DNA of 64,000 nucleotides. Source: Epithemia pelagica (Eukaryota; Protista; Bacillariophyta). The stretch lies in NCBI GenBank assembly GCA_946965045.2, contig OX337241.1, positions 806,001-870,000 of the forward strand. Direction: 5' to 3'. Positions 46,001 to 56,784 of the stretch are shown here, piece after piece. How positions within the stretch are numbered: the stretch's first letter is position 1; the number at the start of each line of letters is the position of its first letter. The translations under genes and the position numbers were made by a program. Under the pieces are notes generated by a model. That model did no database searches and was not told the DNA's origin. It saw only the letters and a program-made list of their open reading frames with translations.

Positions 46001-46915
46001 ACGAAAACTTTGCACCTTTCGAGGCTGGATGGTGGTTGTCGAATGGGGAATGGTTCGTGTGGCGGGTGCCGTACGACTACGTCTCGAACCGTGAGGATCA
46101 TGATCGTACTTGTCTCTACTGTGTGATGATTCCCCAACGAAATAGGGATGGTTGGTGTTGGTGGAGGGAGGAGGAAAGGGTTGCCAATTCTTGTACCGTT
46201 GCGAACCATGCAGTCTCGAACGGTGACTGCCGGATGTGGTTGTGGTGACGACATCGTCCCGTCTCTCCGTGTCGTCGTCGTCATATTTGTTGTTGTTGTT
46301 TGAATCATGTGGTGCTTCTTCTTCTTCTACTGGCTCGTTGCGCATGCTTTGAAACTCGGTTCGTTTCATGGGTTTGGATCGCTCCAGTTTTGAGGGGCCA
46401 TTCACAGGTTCGTCCAACACAACAACATTCGAATGAGAGTGGAACTTTGTGGAATGTGACGGACTGGGCTGGGAAGGGTACGAGGACCAATGGTGGGGGT
46501 CTTGTGGTGATGATGGTGGAAGTGGCTCGGAGTGTCTGGCAGTCCGATGAAAGACCACGTTGTGGTTGCTGTTGCTGTAATTGCTAGTAATGGTCGTCCG
46601 ACTGCCACTGCTGCCACTTTGACTACTACTACTTCCACTGCTGCTGTTGCTATGGCTTCTCCCAGTCCCAGTGGATCGGTACAAGGCGGTATTCTTGGTT
46701 GTTTGACGTCGTCGTGTGTGGTGCCCCGAAAAAGAAGAAGCAGTTGTGGCAGGCCGACGTTGTTTGGAATTCTTCTTCTTGTCGTTGGAACGAAGAACCT
46801 TGCCGGACGATGATCCCCAGAGAAATTGAGATAAAGAGTCCGTGTTCATGCTCGTTCCACTACTTCGAACGTCTTGATTGGGATTGTATTCGGTGGACAA
46901 GAGGTGCAACGCCAT
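43028..46915 (-). CDS. Large intrinsically disordered Ser/His/Glu-rich protein, unknown function
   Basis: 1295-codon uninterrupted ORF starting with ATG, low-complexity composition, no recognisable domain. Confidence 0.72.
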   Translation of the reverse strand: MALHLLSTEYNPNQDVRSSGTSMNTDSLSQFLWGSSSGKVLRSNDKKKNSKQRRPATTASSFSGHHTRRRQTTKNTALYRSTGTGRSHSNSSSGSSSSQSGSSGSRTTITSNYSNSNHNVVFHRTARHSEPLPPSSPQDPHHWSSYPSQPSPSHSTKFHSHSNVVVLDEPVNGPSKLERSKPMKRTEFQSMRNEPVEEEEAPHDSNNNNKYDDDDTERRDDVVTTTTSGSHRSRLHGSQRYKNWQPFPPPSTNTNHPYFVGESSHSRDKYDHDPHGSRRSRTAPATRTIPHSTTTIQPRKVQSFRVPQQNHDEPRRQGAQDSSFRGVAATEQTDWTTFPPSTYHSYKNHKNHHESHGILQRPWRHHHHSKQGTTPAAHAPQSPGRTRAETQGRQQQQHEGVVPVMAPDMLSPPLPPHNAEEERLTHRDLVFSSSSSSYSANRDEENVLRQTSTSISWPDTVASISEEEEKEEEHGSGSSNNKEEEEEESTFAEATHVSAYSSGMAGIIQNGVIIQNDHHHHNNDDKKTNESEPNHSKDSSKQKYNHKNKNFSKETREPIGEDSNVSECGSWNDNEEQEDAQASESLSSRSNELRVEANPQGASYQDSFAATALPKKWNEGLPLTTKPETTQYSSSTSASQDQPQQKHPEPMHNRVASINQQSGSDSQSNADVALETVTGNGDKSSKTLDAMSKTDSGKGIRKLPRKKRDRFTAKRENGKQLGKGVSTKQTSKAKKRTEAEGGKGKRTGKERTRTLPPKSRMRFQSSSIGKHPIQQRNGISVRGETRQRMRMPSQNARATSTITESHLTQGNKASKKDHDSTLDAAAHSNRSTKSHDHDKLEDTVGTTIPATAMCVLPHVCISSGSQHSRTESDTIPETNTPTEEKQRRTKHSEIGGENDPVVVVVAAKQPCLMQDTANATASSRQPVKLLRLIDEEKERRFGSRLKRPACFTGLRFLAPRSSKATVRELELTDATTPSTFQSKNVTAQLPHDKDVSSSPRREQSEQSLPSVGSPEHVKHRKTSGDMSMSGGDASSCTDISKELVYRVETPSPVCHDVKCLDLSRRREEDPNGTAMPVMMWYRGDSTQDVDRKHVPISVFPRLAMFDDEAEEDDMKLNVHPCTDSENVPHVQVPASDDAASNHEKDCVPAQQHPHQEFDHISHDSPNTKASSGLEESVPSVILLDRKKTMLEMSTRNNKHDEKTSNPPEQDGEKTATSAPADLTSCIPLEGRLDRASNLSGMDSSHSRISSILALVSEDSVAMDHGETHVCHPMITPSSPPFQVDSQTRSLPRKAN

Positions 46916-47612
46916 GTTGGATTTTGAAACTAGGTAGTCTCACCGCCGAATGCGAGTTTCAATTCAATTTTGAAATCTGCTCTACACCCTCTATATACAA
47001 GCCCATATCGTCGTCGTCGTCGTCGATAACGACACAGACACACCGGTTCCTGCATGTGGAAAATGTTCCCGTGTGTGGTGGTCGTCGTTGGATGTTTCTC
47101 TTCATCTAATGGCATCGTCGCCGATGCACATGGTTTGTGTGCACCTCATCGTCCCCCAAACCCCCCAAAATCTGTTGGAAGTTAGAACGAGAGCGCGCAT
47201 GTTACGACACATCACATAATGACAAACACGTACGGTGGAATCCGTTGAACGTTGTCCATAAATCTCGGCCACAACAGTCTCAACGGACTTCTGTTCCACG
47301 CCGGGGGAACCCGTCATTCGTCGCGACGACAAAGAATTATCGAACCTCCGTTCATATTCAAGCAAGACCACATATCTCTCATTCTCATCTTGTCCAGCAG
47401 AAACCGTCATCTTGCCCCTTTTCGTACTTGTTCTTCTTCCTTGTATTGGGATGATTGGGGATAGATTGCATGCCTATTGAGTACTACTACATACAAAAGA
47501 AGTATGTCCCAAGTCCATCTTATTAATCATATAGGATATAAATTTAGAAAAAAGCGCAACGATGTTCATCCTCCTCGTCATCATCATAATCAGTTCCCAC
47601 GCATGAGGAGGA

Positions 47613-50600
47613 TTATTCCGCGGCTGCGGCAACTTCCCCCGTACCACCACCATTCTTAGGTTCCACGGATCGTCGACCCTTGCGACGGCCAAAGACGGAA
47701 AAGATTCCTCTTCGTTCTTTTCGTTTGGTCGAACCTTTTTGTTGTGCTTCTTCTTCGGCTTTGCTTGCTTCTGCGTTCGTATCTGTAGCGTTTTCCTCTG
47801 TCGTATTGCACTTGTCCCCTTCCTCGTTGTTATTGGAATCCACCTGGCCCTCTTCGGCCGGGTCCCTCGAGTCGGACGAGGAGGTGTCACTGGTGTTGGA
47901 CGCCTTGACGGTGGAGGTGGGAATTTCAATCGTGGTAATCGAAACGGCATGTTCCGCCGCCTTGCGTTGGGCCCGTTTGATGGCAGCCTCTTGTTTTTTG
48001 GCCTCCCAATCCTCATCCAAATGGAATCGCATACCTGTAATTTCCTTGACATAACTCTTGGCACGCCCAATATCCGGTGCCTCCTCGGTCACATCTTCAC
48101 TGACTGCCTCTCGGAGATTGCCCATCATGTTGTGGTTGTTACCAACAAATCCACGACTTTGTCCTTCAGTCATGGTGTTGTTATTATTCGTATTGGACGG
48201 ATCAGAACCAGGATCGTCACTGAGCATGACTTCCACCTTGGGGCTGGTGGAATTGTACTGGTCTCGGTGTGTTTCAATTTCGTCACGAGATCCCATGGCT
48301 CTCATGGAATTCGCATTCTTGTGATTGCCATGGGCGTCGTTCGTAACAGGTCGAGGTCCTCGACAATCCGTGGCCGAAATCAAGACACCGGCAACCGCAG
48401 CCGCCGAAGCCAAATTGTAAAATTTGAGGCATTGGACCAACGGTGGTTCATCGGGGATCGCCACTGCATTGTTGTTGGCGCCCGCAAATTCGTCCAGTTC
48501 GGTCGGTAAGTGTGCCTCCACTTGTTTTTGAACCTGCGAGTTGTTTTTGCTGTAGCTTCGATTCGACTCGAGAAAATCGTCTTCGGTTAAATCGTCATCG
48601 TCCGACTTTTGGGCTTGGGAATTCATGGAATCCTCTGTTCCAGAAACGAGCGATTTGCCATACATCATTTTCACGTCTGCCTGGGACAATTGACTCGGAG
48701 TTTTGGCCTGTGGCTCATCTCCTTCTTCTTCGTCGTCGTCCATCTGATTGTCTTGTTGGTCGTTGTCCTCGGAATACCCAACGTTTCGGTCAAACGAACC
48801 TTCTTGTTGCTCATTGGTTTCGTCATGGTTTTCAGATTCGACAAATTCCTGTGGCTCGTCAGCTTCCGTTGTGGTGTTGGAAACGCCCCGACTCGTATTG
48901 TTTTCTTCTATCCCACGTTGTTCTGAATTTGTGTGGAGAGCGTCTTCTTCATCTTGTGCTTGTTGTTGCTGCTGTTTCTTGTTTTTCGAACCACGCGATT
49001 TTCGAGCTTGTCTCGCCGCTCCAGCAATCGCCAAGGGCGAGAGAACTTGGAGACCTTGACCGGCCGATTTGAAGGGACGACGACTCTTTTGTTTGGTGGA
49101 AGTACTCTTTTGTTTGGAAGTACTGTTGCTTCGTTTATTGATCTTGACTTCGTCCTCCTCCTCTTCATTGGATGCTAGGGATGTTTGGCAAGACGCATTT
49201 TTCATTGTTGGTGCCGCACTACCAGCATCCGCCGTCATGTCCGGTTTGACACTCATCTCCGAAAATACGGCCCGCACAGTTCCTCCATTCTCGGGACTAC
49301 CACCATAATAGCGGTCCTCTGTCATGGAATCGCGAGCCGAAAAGGAGGTTGCCATATCCCGCTGTCGCTGTTCCCTTGGCATGGTCCCTTCTCCTCCCTG
49401 ATCGCTTTGTGGAAAGGAGGACGTTTGCATACCAATACCACGACCCGCATAGGCGTCTTGATCATCCGACAGGGTGTTGGTCGTCTGACGGTAATGGCGC
49501 GAGGAGGAGGATGCCGAACCAAGGCGACTTTGATTGGCAGTGTGTTGGTCGGCATCTTCGGTTGTTCCAGCCGAAGAAGGAAAGGAGGAACCCTTCTTTC
49601 GAGACAAAGATCGGTCTCGGGATTTGGAACGACCAATATTGGATGATGAAGCCGACACATTGCGACCAAGGGACTGTCGTCGTTGATGTTTTCCAGTGGA
49701 CGATCGTTTCTTGGTTTCGCGTGGTTCCGCAGTGTCCGCATTGTTTTTCGTGGCCATTGCCGTTGCGGCAACTGCCGTGGCCGCCACCACCGCCGTGGCC
49801 GCTGCCGGAGCAGCGGTATTCTCGCGAGACTTGGTCCCAAACCCTGAGAACCATCGATGTTGACCCGTTTCATTCTCATCGTGCCCCTCTTCCGTATCGG
49901 CACGGGGACTAACATCACCACCCAACACCACAGGGCTCATACTCATTCGAATGGGAGGAATTTTGGAAGACTGACGACCACTTCGCCGATTCATCTTTTT
50001 GGAAGAGGAACGTCCCCGAGAAACCGAAGTAGACCGGGGTGGTTTGTTGTTGGTGGTGGTGTCTGGTAACGGTTGCTGTTGAGATGAGACGGGGACTTCC
50101 TTGGTGGTCGTCGCCGGGGGGATATCCTCGGTTCGGGAAACCTCTGGTGACGCAACGGCAGAGGATCGTGTTTTGTGGGTGTAACTTTCGGGGTAAGATC
50201 CATCTTGAGTCGTTGTGCCGCCTTCTTCTCCCCCACTCGTGACGGTAGTAGTTGTTGTCCGAGGTCGTCGATTGGTCGTTTCGACAATACGAGGTGGAAC
50301 ACTGCGTGCTTGGGACAAATTCTGACTGGGCTTGGGAGCGGCCATGGGATCCGTCAAGGAGGAGGTCTCGCTCCCAACCGCCTGAAGTACAGGAACGGAG
50401 GAATGGTCCATCATACTAGGGAGCTCTTGGACCTTGTCATCTTCCTCCCCGGGTGCTGCCGCTGCTGCTGCTTCTTCTTCTTTGGATTGTGTAGGCTTGG
50501 CACCATCCTTGTCTTGACTCTGTTTCGCCGATGACACGAGGGAAGCATCCTTTACCAAACTGCTTCTGGTATTAATAATGTTGCTCGAACTACCGACATT

Positions 50601-51938
50601 GCTTCGGCTATTCATAATGTTGCTGCTGTTGCTGGCGACCGAAGATTTTCGTCGTTTTTTCTCGTCCTTGATCATTTGACCATACTTGCCACGACCACCG
50701 CCACCACCCCGTTTGGAGGAAACCGCCGAAGCATTGTGGGGCAAGGACGACGACAAGGCTTGGGAAAAGGGTGGTGGATCATCCTCTGTTCCTCGTGATT
50801 GTTGCTGCTGTGGTGGTTGTTGTGATTGCCGAGATGCCGCCGTGCCCAAGAGTGGCAGGGAGGGGTTTTCATTTTCATCATTTTCTTCTTCTTCGGCATC
50901 GGCATCTTCGCCTGGATCGGGTTCGCCTTGTTGTTGTTGTTGTTCCCCACTCATGGCTCCCAAGGAAATGGCACCTTCCAAGACATAGGGGACCGAGACA
51001 TTTTCCGTCCCCGCCACACTGACATTGCCGCCACTGGCCGCCGCGGTATCGGCCAATTTTGGAATCGATTGGGGTGCCTCTGGTTCCTCTTGTTGTTGTG
51101 CGGCAGTAGCAGCGGCTTCTTCTTCCTCGTTATCCCAGGACCTCCATTGGGCTGGTTCGGAATTGTCATCCAAATCGGTCATCATCATCATCATGGAGGC
51201 ACCGAGGGACCGCTGGTGGTGCTTGTTCGGATTCTTGGGATCTCCCTTGTCCATGGAAAAGGAAGGATTGGCCGTATACCGGTCATCGCCGGCAATGGGT
51301 GGCAATTGTTGAAAATCATCGTCATCGACGGCCGTATACCGCGAATACTGGCCTCGCGTTTCCACCATGCGATCCAAGGAATCGTCCGACAAGTAATTGT
51401 TGGCGGCCGTCAAGAGCTGCAAAATTTCTTCATCGTTGGGACCCGTCTTTTCCCAATCATCTTGGTCGTCATTGTCGTCATTGTCAACATCGGTATCGTA
51501 GGCTTGATTGTCGTCCGTGGTTTCACCATTCGTAATGCCCTTAGTTTTGGGTTTGGTGCTACTGCCACTCTTTTTGCCCTTTTTCTTGTGCTTTTTCTTT
51601 TTCTTTTTCTTACTTTTGGATCGCTTCTTTTTGGGTGGAAGCGTGCCGCTACCCGTCGGTGTGGGACGTTGGGAAGCGGATGCGGGTGTTGCGGCGACAG
51701 CGGGGGATTCTCGCGGTTCGACTGCTGCCGCCGCGGCCGCTTCGGCTGCCGCGGCCGTGGGCGTAAATCCCGTTTCGTATTCGTCTCCAATTTCAATCAT
51801 TTCGACAAAGGTGCTGGTATTGTGAAGGGTGGTATCGACCTGATAGTCAAAGGCCTCCAAGACTTCTTCCTCGGCAGCGGCAGCAGCGGCAGCCTCTTGG
51901 GCAGTCGTATTCGACTTGCGAGCCTTGCGTCGAAACAT
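47613..51938 (-). CDS. Large intrinsically disordered acidic protein with basic tracts, unknown function
   Basis: 1441-codon uninterrupted ORF with a poly-K tract (KKKRSKSKKKKKKKHKKK) and a short helical segment EDWEAKKQEAAIKRAQRKAAE. Confidence 0.75.
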   Translation of the reverse strand: MFRRKARKSNTTAQEAAAAAAAEEEVLEAFDYQVDTTLHNTSTFVEMIEIGDEYETGFTPTAAAAEAAAAAAVEPRESPAVAATPASASQRPTPTGSGTLPPKKKRSKSKKKKKKKHKKKGKKSGSSTKPKTKGITNGETTDDNQAYDTDVDNDDNDDQDDWEKTGPNDEEILQLLTAANNYLSDDSLDRMVETRGQYSRYTAVDDDDFQQLPPIAGDDRYTANPSFSMDKGDPKNPNKHHQRSLGASMMMMMTDLDDNSEPAQWRSWDNEEEEAAATAAQQQEEPEAPQSIPKLADTAAASGGNVSVAGTENVSVPYVLEGAISLGAMSGEQQQQQGEPDPGEDADAEEEENDENENPSLPLLGTAASRQSQQPPQQQQSRGTEDDPPPFSQALSSSLPHNASAVSSKRGGGGGRGKYGQMIKDEKKRRKSSVASNSSNIMNSRSNVGSSSNIINTRSSLVKDASLVSSAKQSQDKDGAKPTQSKEEEAAAAAAPGEEDDKVQELPSMMDHSSVPVLQAVGSETSSLTDPMAAPKPSQNLSQARSVPPRIVETTNRRPRTTTTTVTSGGEEGGTTTQDGSYPESYTHKTRSSAVASPEVSRTEDIPPATTTKEVPVSSQQQPLPDTTTNNKPPRSTSVSRGRSSSKKMNRRSGRQSSKIPPIRMSMSPVVLGGDVSPRADTEEGHDENETGQHRWFSGFGTKSRENTAAPAAATAVVAATAVAATAMATKNNADTAEPRETKKRSSTGKHQRRQSLGRNVSASSSNIGRSKSRDRSLSRKKGSSFPSSAGTTEDADQHTANQSRLGSASSSSRHYRQTTNTLSDDQDAYAGRGIGMQTSSFPQSDQGGEGTMPREQRQRDMATSFSARDSMTEDRYYGGSPENGGTVRAVFSEMSVKPDMTADAGSAAPTMKNASCQTSLASNEEEEDEVKINKRSNSTSKQKSTSTKQKSRRPFKSAGQGLQVLSPLAIAGAARQARKSRGSKNKKQQQQQAQDEEDALHTNSEQRGIEENNTSRGVSNTTTEADEPQEFVESENHDETNEQQEGSFDRNVGYSEDNDQQDNQMDDDEEEGDEPQAKTPSQLSQADVKMMYGKSLVSGTEDSMNSQAQKSDDDDLTEDDFLESNRSYSKNNSQVQKQVEAHLPTELDEFAGANNNAVAIPDEPPLVQCLKFYNLASAAAVAGVLISATDCRGPRPVTNDAHGNHKNANSMRAMGSRDEIETHRDQYNSTSPKVEVMLSDDPGSDPSNTNNNNTMTEGQSRGFVGNNHNMMGNLREAVSEDVTEEAPDIGRAKSYVKEITGMRFHLDEDWEAKKQEAAIKRAQRKAAEHAVSITTIEIPTSTVKASNTSDTSSSDSRDPAEEGQVDSNNNEEGDKCNTTEENATDTNAEASKAEEEAQQKGSTKRKERRGIFSVFGRRKGRRSVEPKNGGGTGEVAAAAE

Positions 51939-52609
51939 GATGCGGCTGCTCGAGTTATATTGTGGTAATCGTGGTCAACCAAACGTGCCAAGAGGGAACC
52001 AACCGACAGTCACACCAACCAAATGTGAATGTGTTTGTATGCTCCAGGGGACAACGAGGAAGGAGGAATCAATGAATGAAATCAAAGTGTGGATATGGAT
52101 GCGTGATGATACTAAAAGAGTGGATCTACGATTGATATATAGGTAGGACAAGACGTGCTCTTTCTCTCTGGAACCCGAGTCTCATTCATTCATTTCATTC
52201 CTCTCTCTTGGAGACATGACTTTTCATATTGGCAGGATCATCGCTCAAAAATGTGAGCGAGTGGAGTGGTAGCGAGGCCGACTCCGAGCCAGTCGGGCCA
52301 TTACAGTAAGTAAGTGGTCTTGGTGACATGAAAGCGACACACGACTTAAAATTGAGATACTTAAGAGATGCCCACTGCAGTACGTAAAACTTTTGAATTT
52401 TTAAAAATCGAGGGTATCTTTCGGAACGATCTTTCCCCATCAACCGCCCCTCTTGGGATCCTTTTGTGGATTCGGTAGCGGCAAAGCGGAAATGGGAAAA
52501 GTGTCGTCGTCGAGAGAGAGAGAGACAAGATAGAACGTAGCTGTACACGAAGGAGGACACACGTCCAAAAGAGAGAAAGAGCACCACCACCAGAACCAAC
52601 GTCAACGAA

Positions 52610-54676
52610 ATGCCAACAAACGCTTTTCCGAAACACCACGATCCAGCAGTAGGATTGCAAAGAACCAACCATTCCCCAAAGAACCACCACAAAAATGGTT
52701 CTTGTCGTCGTCAAGGAGGAGAGGATGATCCTGGTTGCTCTCCTCCTCCTTTTCCTCCTTCATGGATGACCGTTTTGCGACATGGAATTCTTGTCGTTGG
52801 TTCGGTGATTGTCGTGATTCTACTAGTAGTATTGGGTACCAGGATCCATTCTCCAAACCCTACGACTGATATGGATGCTGTTGCTACTACTGCAACAACG
52901 ACGACAACAACAATAACTCGGGGTCATGCTGTACCATCGCTCCTCCACCAACAACCACCACAACCACAACAACAACACCATGCCTTGGAACACTGTCGTC
53001 CCGAACAAGGCGGTGGTCTTTGTCCAGCACTCAATACCTGTTGTCCTCTCGTCTCCAGGACGACAAGGACACGACGACGACGAATGGGATCCTCTCATTA
53101 TGATACCAACAACTCCTCCCAATCCGTGACGATAGGAGCCATGTCATCGTCATCGGGTTGTGTTCCGTCGGATTTGGGTGCCCGAACGGCCACGTGTTGT
53201 ACCGACGAAGCAGCAGGGACTGCATGTGGAGTCGGATATACCTGTCGCCGCCGCCATCGACCCAGTTGGCCTCCTACTTCTACTACCAGCAGCAACAACA
53301 ACCACACGGCGATTCCTCGGTCCGAACAGAGCTGGCCTTTCTCAAAGGAGGACGACCAGCATTCTGCGTTTCGCTATGATTGTCAAGCCTCGCCCTCCAT
53401 GACCGATCCCTTGGTCCAAACCCTTCCACGCTATCACCTGTGCACAGTCCATCCTCATCAATTGCAAACCGTATATGGATTTCCCGTGACCGCACCCGTC
53501 GTGGGGGATCCGCAACGAGACGTGGTGTTCCCATTGCAGGGTGCTGGTTCAGCGGATCAATGGGCCTATTATTCCAGTCATGGCGATTTGCTCCAACTCT
53601 CCCAACAACAACAACACCAACGAGACACGACGATTCGCCTCGCCATTGTGGTCATTCATGGTGCGGGACGGAATGCCGATGATTACTTTTGTTCCATCAT
53701 GGGCGCCGTACAACGACAGTACCCACAAGAGGCCTCGTCGTCTGTTTTGGTAGTGGCACCCTGGTTTTTGCAAGTCGGTGATGATGATGAGAATGATACT
53801 GACGAGGATACGAGATACCATCCGTCCTCCCCGTTTTTGCACTGGTCCAATTTAAGTGCCAGTGGTACCTGGAGGTATGGAGCCAATGCCATTCACAGCA
53901 ATCGTAGTATTAGTTCGTACGATTGTATGGATGCCTTGGTCCGCTTTGTGCAATCCTCCTTGCCTCTCGTCCAACGCCTGGTGGTGATTGGTCATTCCTC
54001 GGGAGGTCAATTTGTGCAACGATGGTCCTTGCTCACCTCGCAGTGGCCCTCCTCATCCTTGCCGTCCAACAACAACAACAACAACCACCACCTTTCCATG
54101 CATGCGATTGTGGCCAATCCATCCTCCTATGCCTACTTGACACCCGAACGATGGCACAAGGGTCAGTGGATCATTCCGCCATTAAACTCGTCTTGTCACA
54201 ACCACTACAATCAATGGCAATGGGGATTGGAACTACCCTCCGAACCGACTAGTCCCTATCGGGTCCCCTACGTCGAACGGACCCTGCAAGACTGCCGATT
54301 CAACATGACATGGCTCGCTCATCGCTTTGCGCAACGACGGGTATCCTACCTGATTGGATCTCAAGACAAGTGCAATGTATCCTCCTCCTCCTCTACCACT
54401 GCATCATCATCATCCTCCTCCATAGCACAACCACAACAACCACAACAACCCTGGTGTCAGTCGCATGGATTGGAAACCTCGTGTGCCGATGAATGGCAAG
54501 GACCGACCCGGTGGGATCGACACCACCGCTACTATCAATCCTTGCTTCGCCGGCAACCCTCCATTGATTTTGGCAAGTATCATGAGTCGGTCACGGTACC
54601 GCAGGTCGGCCACGATCATTCTCTCATGTTTCATTCCCCCCAAGGCATGCAGCAACTCTTTTTTCCACAATCATGA
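52610..54676 (+). CDS. Membrane-anchored alpha/beta hydrolase with N-terminal granulin-like Cys module
   Basis: TM anchor GILVVGSVIVVILLVVLG. Hydrolase motifs IVVIHGAGRNADDYF, nucleophile elbow GHSSGGQ, IVANPSSYAY, YLIGSQD, ETSC...QGPTRWDR and VGHDH. Confidence 0.85.
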   Translation: MPTNAFPKHHDPAVGLQRTNHSPKNHHKNGSCRRQGGEDDPGCSPPPFPPSWMTVLRHGILVVGSVIVVILLVVLGTRIHSPNPTTDMDAVATTATTTTTTITRGHAVPSLLHQQPPQPQQQHHALEHCRPEQGGGLCPALNTCCPLVSRTTRTRRRRMGSSHYDTNNSSQSVTIGAMSSSSGCVPSDLGARTATCCTDEAAGTACGVGYTCRRRHRPSWPPTSTTSSNNNHTAIPRSEQSWPFSKEDDQHSAFRYDCQASPSMTDPLVQTLPRYHLCTVHPHQLQTVYGFPVTAPVVGDPQRDVVFPLQGAGSADQWAYYSSHGDLLQLSQQQQHQRDTTIRLAIVVIHGAGRNADDYFCSIMGAVQRQYPQEASSSVLVVAPWFLQVGDDDENDTDEDTRYHPSSPFLHWSNLSASGTWRYGANAIHSNRSISSYDCMDALVRFVQSSLPLVQRLVVIGHSSGGQFVQRWSLLTSQWPSSSLPSNNNNNNHHLSMHAIVANPSSYAYLTPERWHKGQWIIPPLNSSCHNHYNQWQWGLELPSEPTSPYRVPYVERTLQDCRFNMTWLAHRFAQRRVSYLIGSQDKCNVSSSSSTTASSSSSSIAQPQQPQQPWCQSHGLETSCADEWQGPTRWDRHHRYYQSLLRRQPSIDFGKYHESVTVPQVGHDHSLMFHSPQGMQQLFFPQS

Positions 54677-55068
54677 TACGAATACAAAGAATGGAGTCTG
54701 CGAGTGACGGACTGTGCTGCTCTATACAAACGACATGGAACATTCTACAGACCCGTTCCTGGACACTCATCCTGGAGGAAGAAAACCACCAACAATCTTT
54801 CTACTGTGGGGATCCAAAATATGGTCCAGACCATGCGATATTGAATGGGTACTCAGAAAAAAGAACATGTGCCCAAGAGCTGGAAAATGACTAAATTCTC
54901 CACTCTGAAAAGGGCTGCAAGCAGGAGACATTTTTGAAGAAAGGGTGGCTAAATTATCAGAATCAAAATGTTGTATTTGACTCATAAACCATGTGACCAT
55001 CCCACACTTGAATAACATTTATGAATATCGATATGCATCCTCCATGTAGTTTCCTCCAACATGTTCTC

Positions 55069-56784
55069 TTAGGGTCTGCACAAGGACAGATCTTTTCCCG
55101 CGTAAAAGCATTCCCATTCATCCCACCAATCGGCGGTGGACATGTCACGGGTATGTCCCTGTGTCAGTTCCAACAACATGTGATTCCATACACCGAATTC
55201 ATTGTAGCCATAGTAATGGGTATCATTCCCATAGTCGTTGCGCAAGTAGGTTCCACCACAGGGCGCAGCCCTGTTGGACACATCAATGAGGTCCGCACCC
55301 AACAAGAGAGCCCGAAAATCGGACTCCCCCGAACCGGGCAAACGAATGGCTTCCCACTTTTCTTCCCAGTTTCCACTCTCCACATAGGTGCTATTACAGG
55401 TATCGCTCATGGGACGGGCAAAGACTGATGTATCTTCTTGAATGCCCGAGACAAGGCCCAGAGAAGCAGACAATGCACCAAGAAGGGGTTTATTCCTTGA
55501 CATCAGCTGATCACTTCGACCGTCCATGTTTGGTGAGACGGCATAGTAGTCATCGTCAATTACCATCCGACTCAACCAGATACCCGATGACTTGGTATTG
55601 TCTGTTTGATGCTCGACATCCGTGTAACTTCGGAATTGCTGATGTCCACGATAGTAAAATTGAAGAATCCGAGCATCTTCATCATAATGCACTGTGGTAT
55701 AGCCACCATTCAAGCCAAGGTAAAACATGGGACTAAAAGCCATTTCACCAGACAACATGGTCAAGGGTTTGTCCACAGGAAGGATAATATGAGTATTATC
55801 AAATCCCACTCCTGTTCCATTTTCAAAGTGTCGACAATGATTTTCGGATTTTCGAATGGACCGACTCTCCATAAAGGTTGCATTCTTGGACAAGGCAATT
55901 GCTTTTTGGGCAAGTTGGCGATGATGGATCCAACCTTCGGTCGTCTCGGGCTTCGGGGGAAGGACGTTCGGATCGGCACTGTAGCGACGAATCTGCCACA
56001 AATGAGCCTTGTCAATGCCGGCTTCGAGTTGCATGAAAATAATGCCCAATGCACCCCAAATCGCCGAAAGAGCATCCATACGACTGGCAAATTTTTGCTC
56101 ATTAAAGTTTGTCCCGGACTACAAGATTGCCTCGTTGCGTTGGCGAATGTGTTCGCCACGAGCTGTACTATACTCACTTTCATAGGTAATGGCATGGATT
56201 TTTTCGGCAGCACCCGCCATGGGCTTGTCCGTCACAACCGATACTTTATTGGGCGTAAAGATAGATGTGATGATACCCGTTTCGTTTTCATTGTACATTT
56301 TGTACGTACGAGAATATCCCGAAATCATTTGCGTATACAGGGGCAGCGACACATGCGTTCCATTGTACTCGACTTGAGAGGCCACATAATCAACGGGTTG
56401 TTCATTGAGATCAAAATACCACACTTGCTCCATGACGGGTTCTTCACCTTCCATAACCCAACGGGGGATGTCGACTTGAGCCAAATCGGTTTCGTCTTGA
56501 ATAGGAACCCAAATGGGATATCCGGATTCTGGAATTTGACTGAATCGTCCATCCTTGTAGGGACTGCAGGTCCGAGAATCGTCGAGACAAAAGGGAGCAC
56601 CATAGGTACCAGGTTGAGGTGGTTCCGTAATGAGACTGGAACAATGCAAATCGGAACAACATTCCCTGCAACGATCCGGTTGAAGGAAGGAACCGGGGCA
56701 ACAATGTCCGGATTGACATTGATCATCGGACTTGCAACGATGACCGTTGCTCAAATCCGTTCCACCAGAAATCATACCACCCAT
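55069..56784 (-). pseudogene. Paralogue of the 32488-34754 Cys-rich protein, interrupted by a single in-frame TAG (56119-56121)
   Basis: ORFs 56119-56784 and 55069-56079 are in the same frame and together align end-to-end with exon 2 of the paralogue. The frame is open upstream to 56868 and includes a TM segment (AIVIIIIIIMGG). The 5' exon was not identified. Confidence 0.8.

Noticed and set aside
47739-51968. Long antisense ORFs (47739-48509, 50826-51968; likewise 21678-22391 and 23300-24019)
   Set aside because: They are antisense shadows of real low-complexity genes and have no independent motifs.
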